Virus record (IMG/VR): IMGVR_UViG_3300028591_000093
Coordinates: 1 to 16,764 of that record
Source: a virus
Lineage: Duplodnaviria > Heunggongvirae > Uroviricota > Caudoviricetes
Direction: 5' to 3' (one strand)
DNA length: 16,764 bases
In this document: one piece after another, positions 16,625-16,764 of the stretch
Position numbering within the stretch: the first letter of the stretch is position 1
How the letters are laid out: the number at the start of each line of letters is the position of its first letter
The notes under the pieces: model-generated
The model's input: the letters and a program-made list of their open reading frames with translations, nothing else
The model's database searches: none
What the model was told of the DNA's origin: nothing
Translations under genes and position numbers: made by a program

Positions 16625-16764
16625 CTCTTATAAGTAATTTACAATTGTCTTGCTCATAGAAACCACCTTGAGGATGTAACTTAACATTCTTACTGATGAT
16701 TTCATTGAGCTTAGACTTCTTTAACTAATTTGTTATAAATTCTAAAAACTCTTCATCGTTAGAG
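16617..16764 (-). CDS. 3' end of a small hypothetical gene upstream of the portal
   Basis: Open frame SNDEEFLEFITN(Q=TAG)LKKSK...LLIRDE ending at TAA 16617, overlapping the portal ATG. Confidence 0.6.

Noticed and set aside
1-16764. Additional VR copies of the local TR, or a suppressor tRNA gene
   Set aside because: Manual scanning for the TR constant ends (GGGCTTGGTCGTGCT, GGGTTTGCCTCC) found only 8229-8305. No intergenic space with a tRNA-like fold was seen. Either could lie outside the window.

Overview
AT-rich window from a crAss-like (Crassvirales-type) phage virion-gene module. All credible genes lie on the minus strand and are tightly coupled. The phage uses a recoded genetic code in which TAG is a sense codon (Gln): 15 in-frame TAGs join the fragmented ORF-track pieces into full genes, and every real stop is TAA or TGA. 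Gene order in the direction of transcription (right to left): small partial gene, portal, holin-like protein, two structural proteins, a 1237-aa collagen-repeat fibre, a 147-aa protein, a 710-aa beta-helix-like DGR target, an 89-aa repeat protein, template repeat (TR), reverse transcriptase, two fibre-like proteins, a small nucleotidyltransferase-like protein, and a partial C-type-lectin/DUF1566-like gene that the ORF track misses. The main feature is a diversity-generating retroelement (DGR) with a 77-nt TR (6155-6231) and VR (8229-8305) that differ only at TR adenines. It is atypical in several ways: the VR lies near the N-terminus of a non-CLec-looking protein, there is no recognisable avd, the RT has a C-terminal extra domain and four amber codons, and the TR sits inside nested RNA stems. 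A 12-nt segment in the TR-RT spacer is also exactly complementary to the sequence just downstream of the VR, which makes it a candidate RNA guide/primer for target recognition. All translations and alignments were done by hand and no database searches were run.
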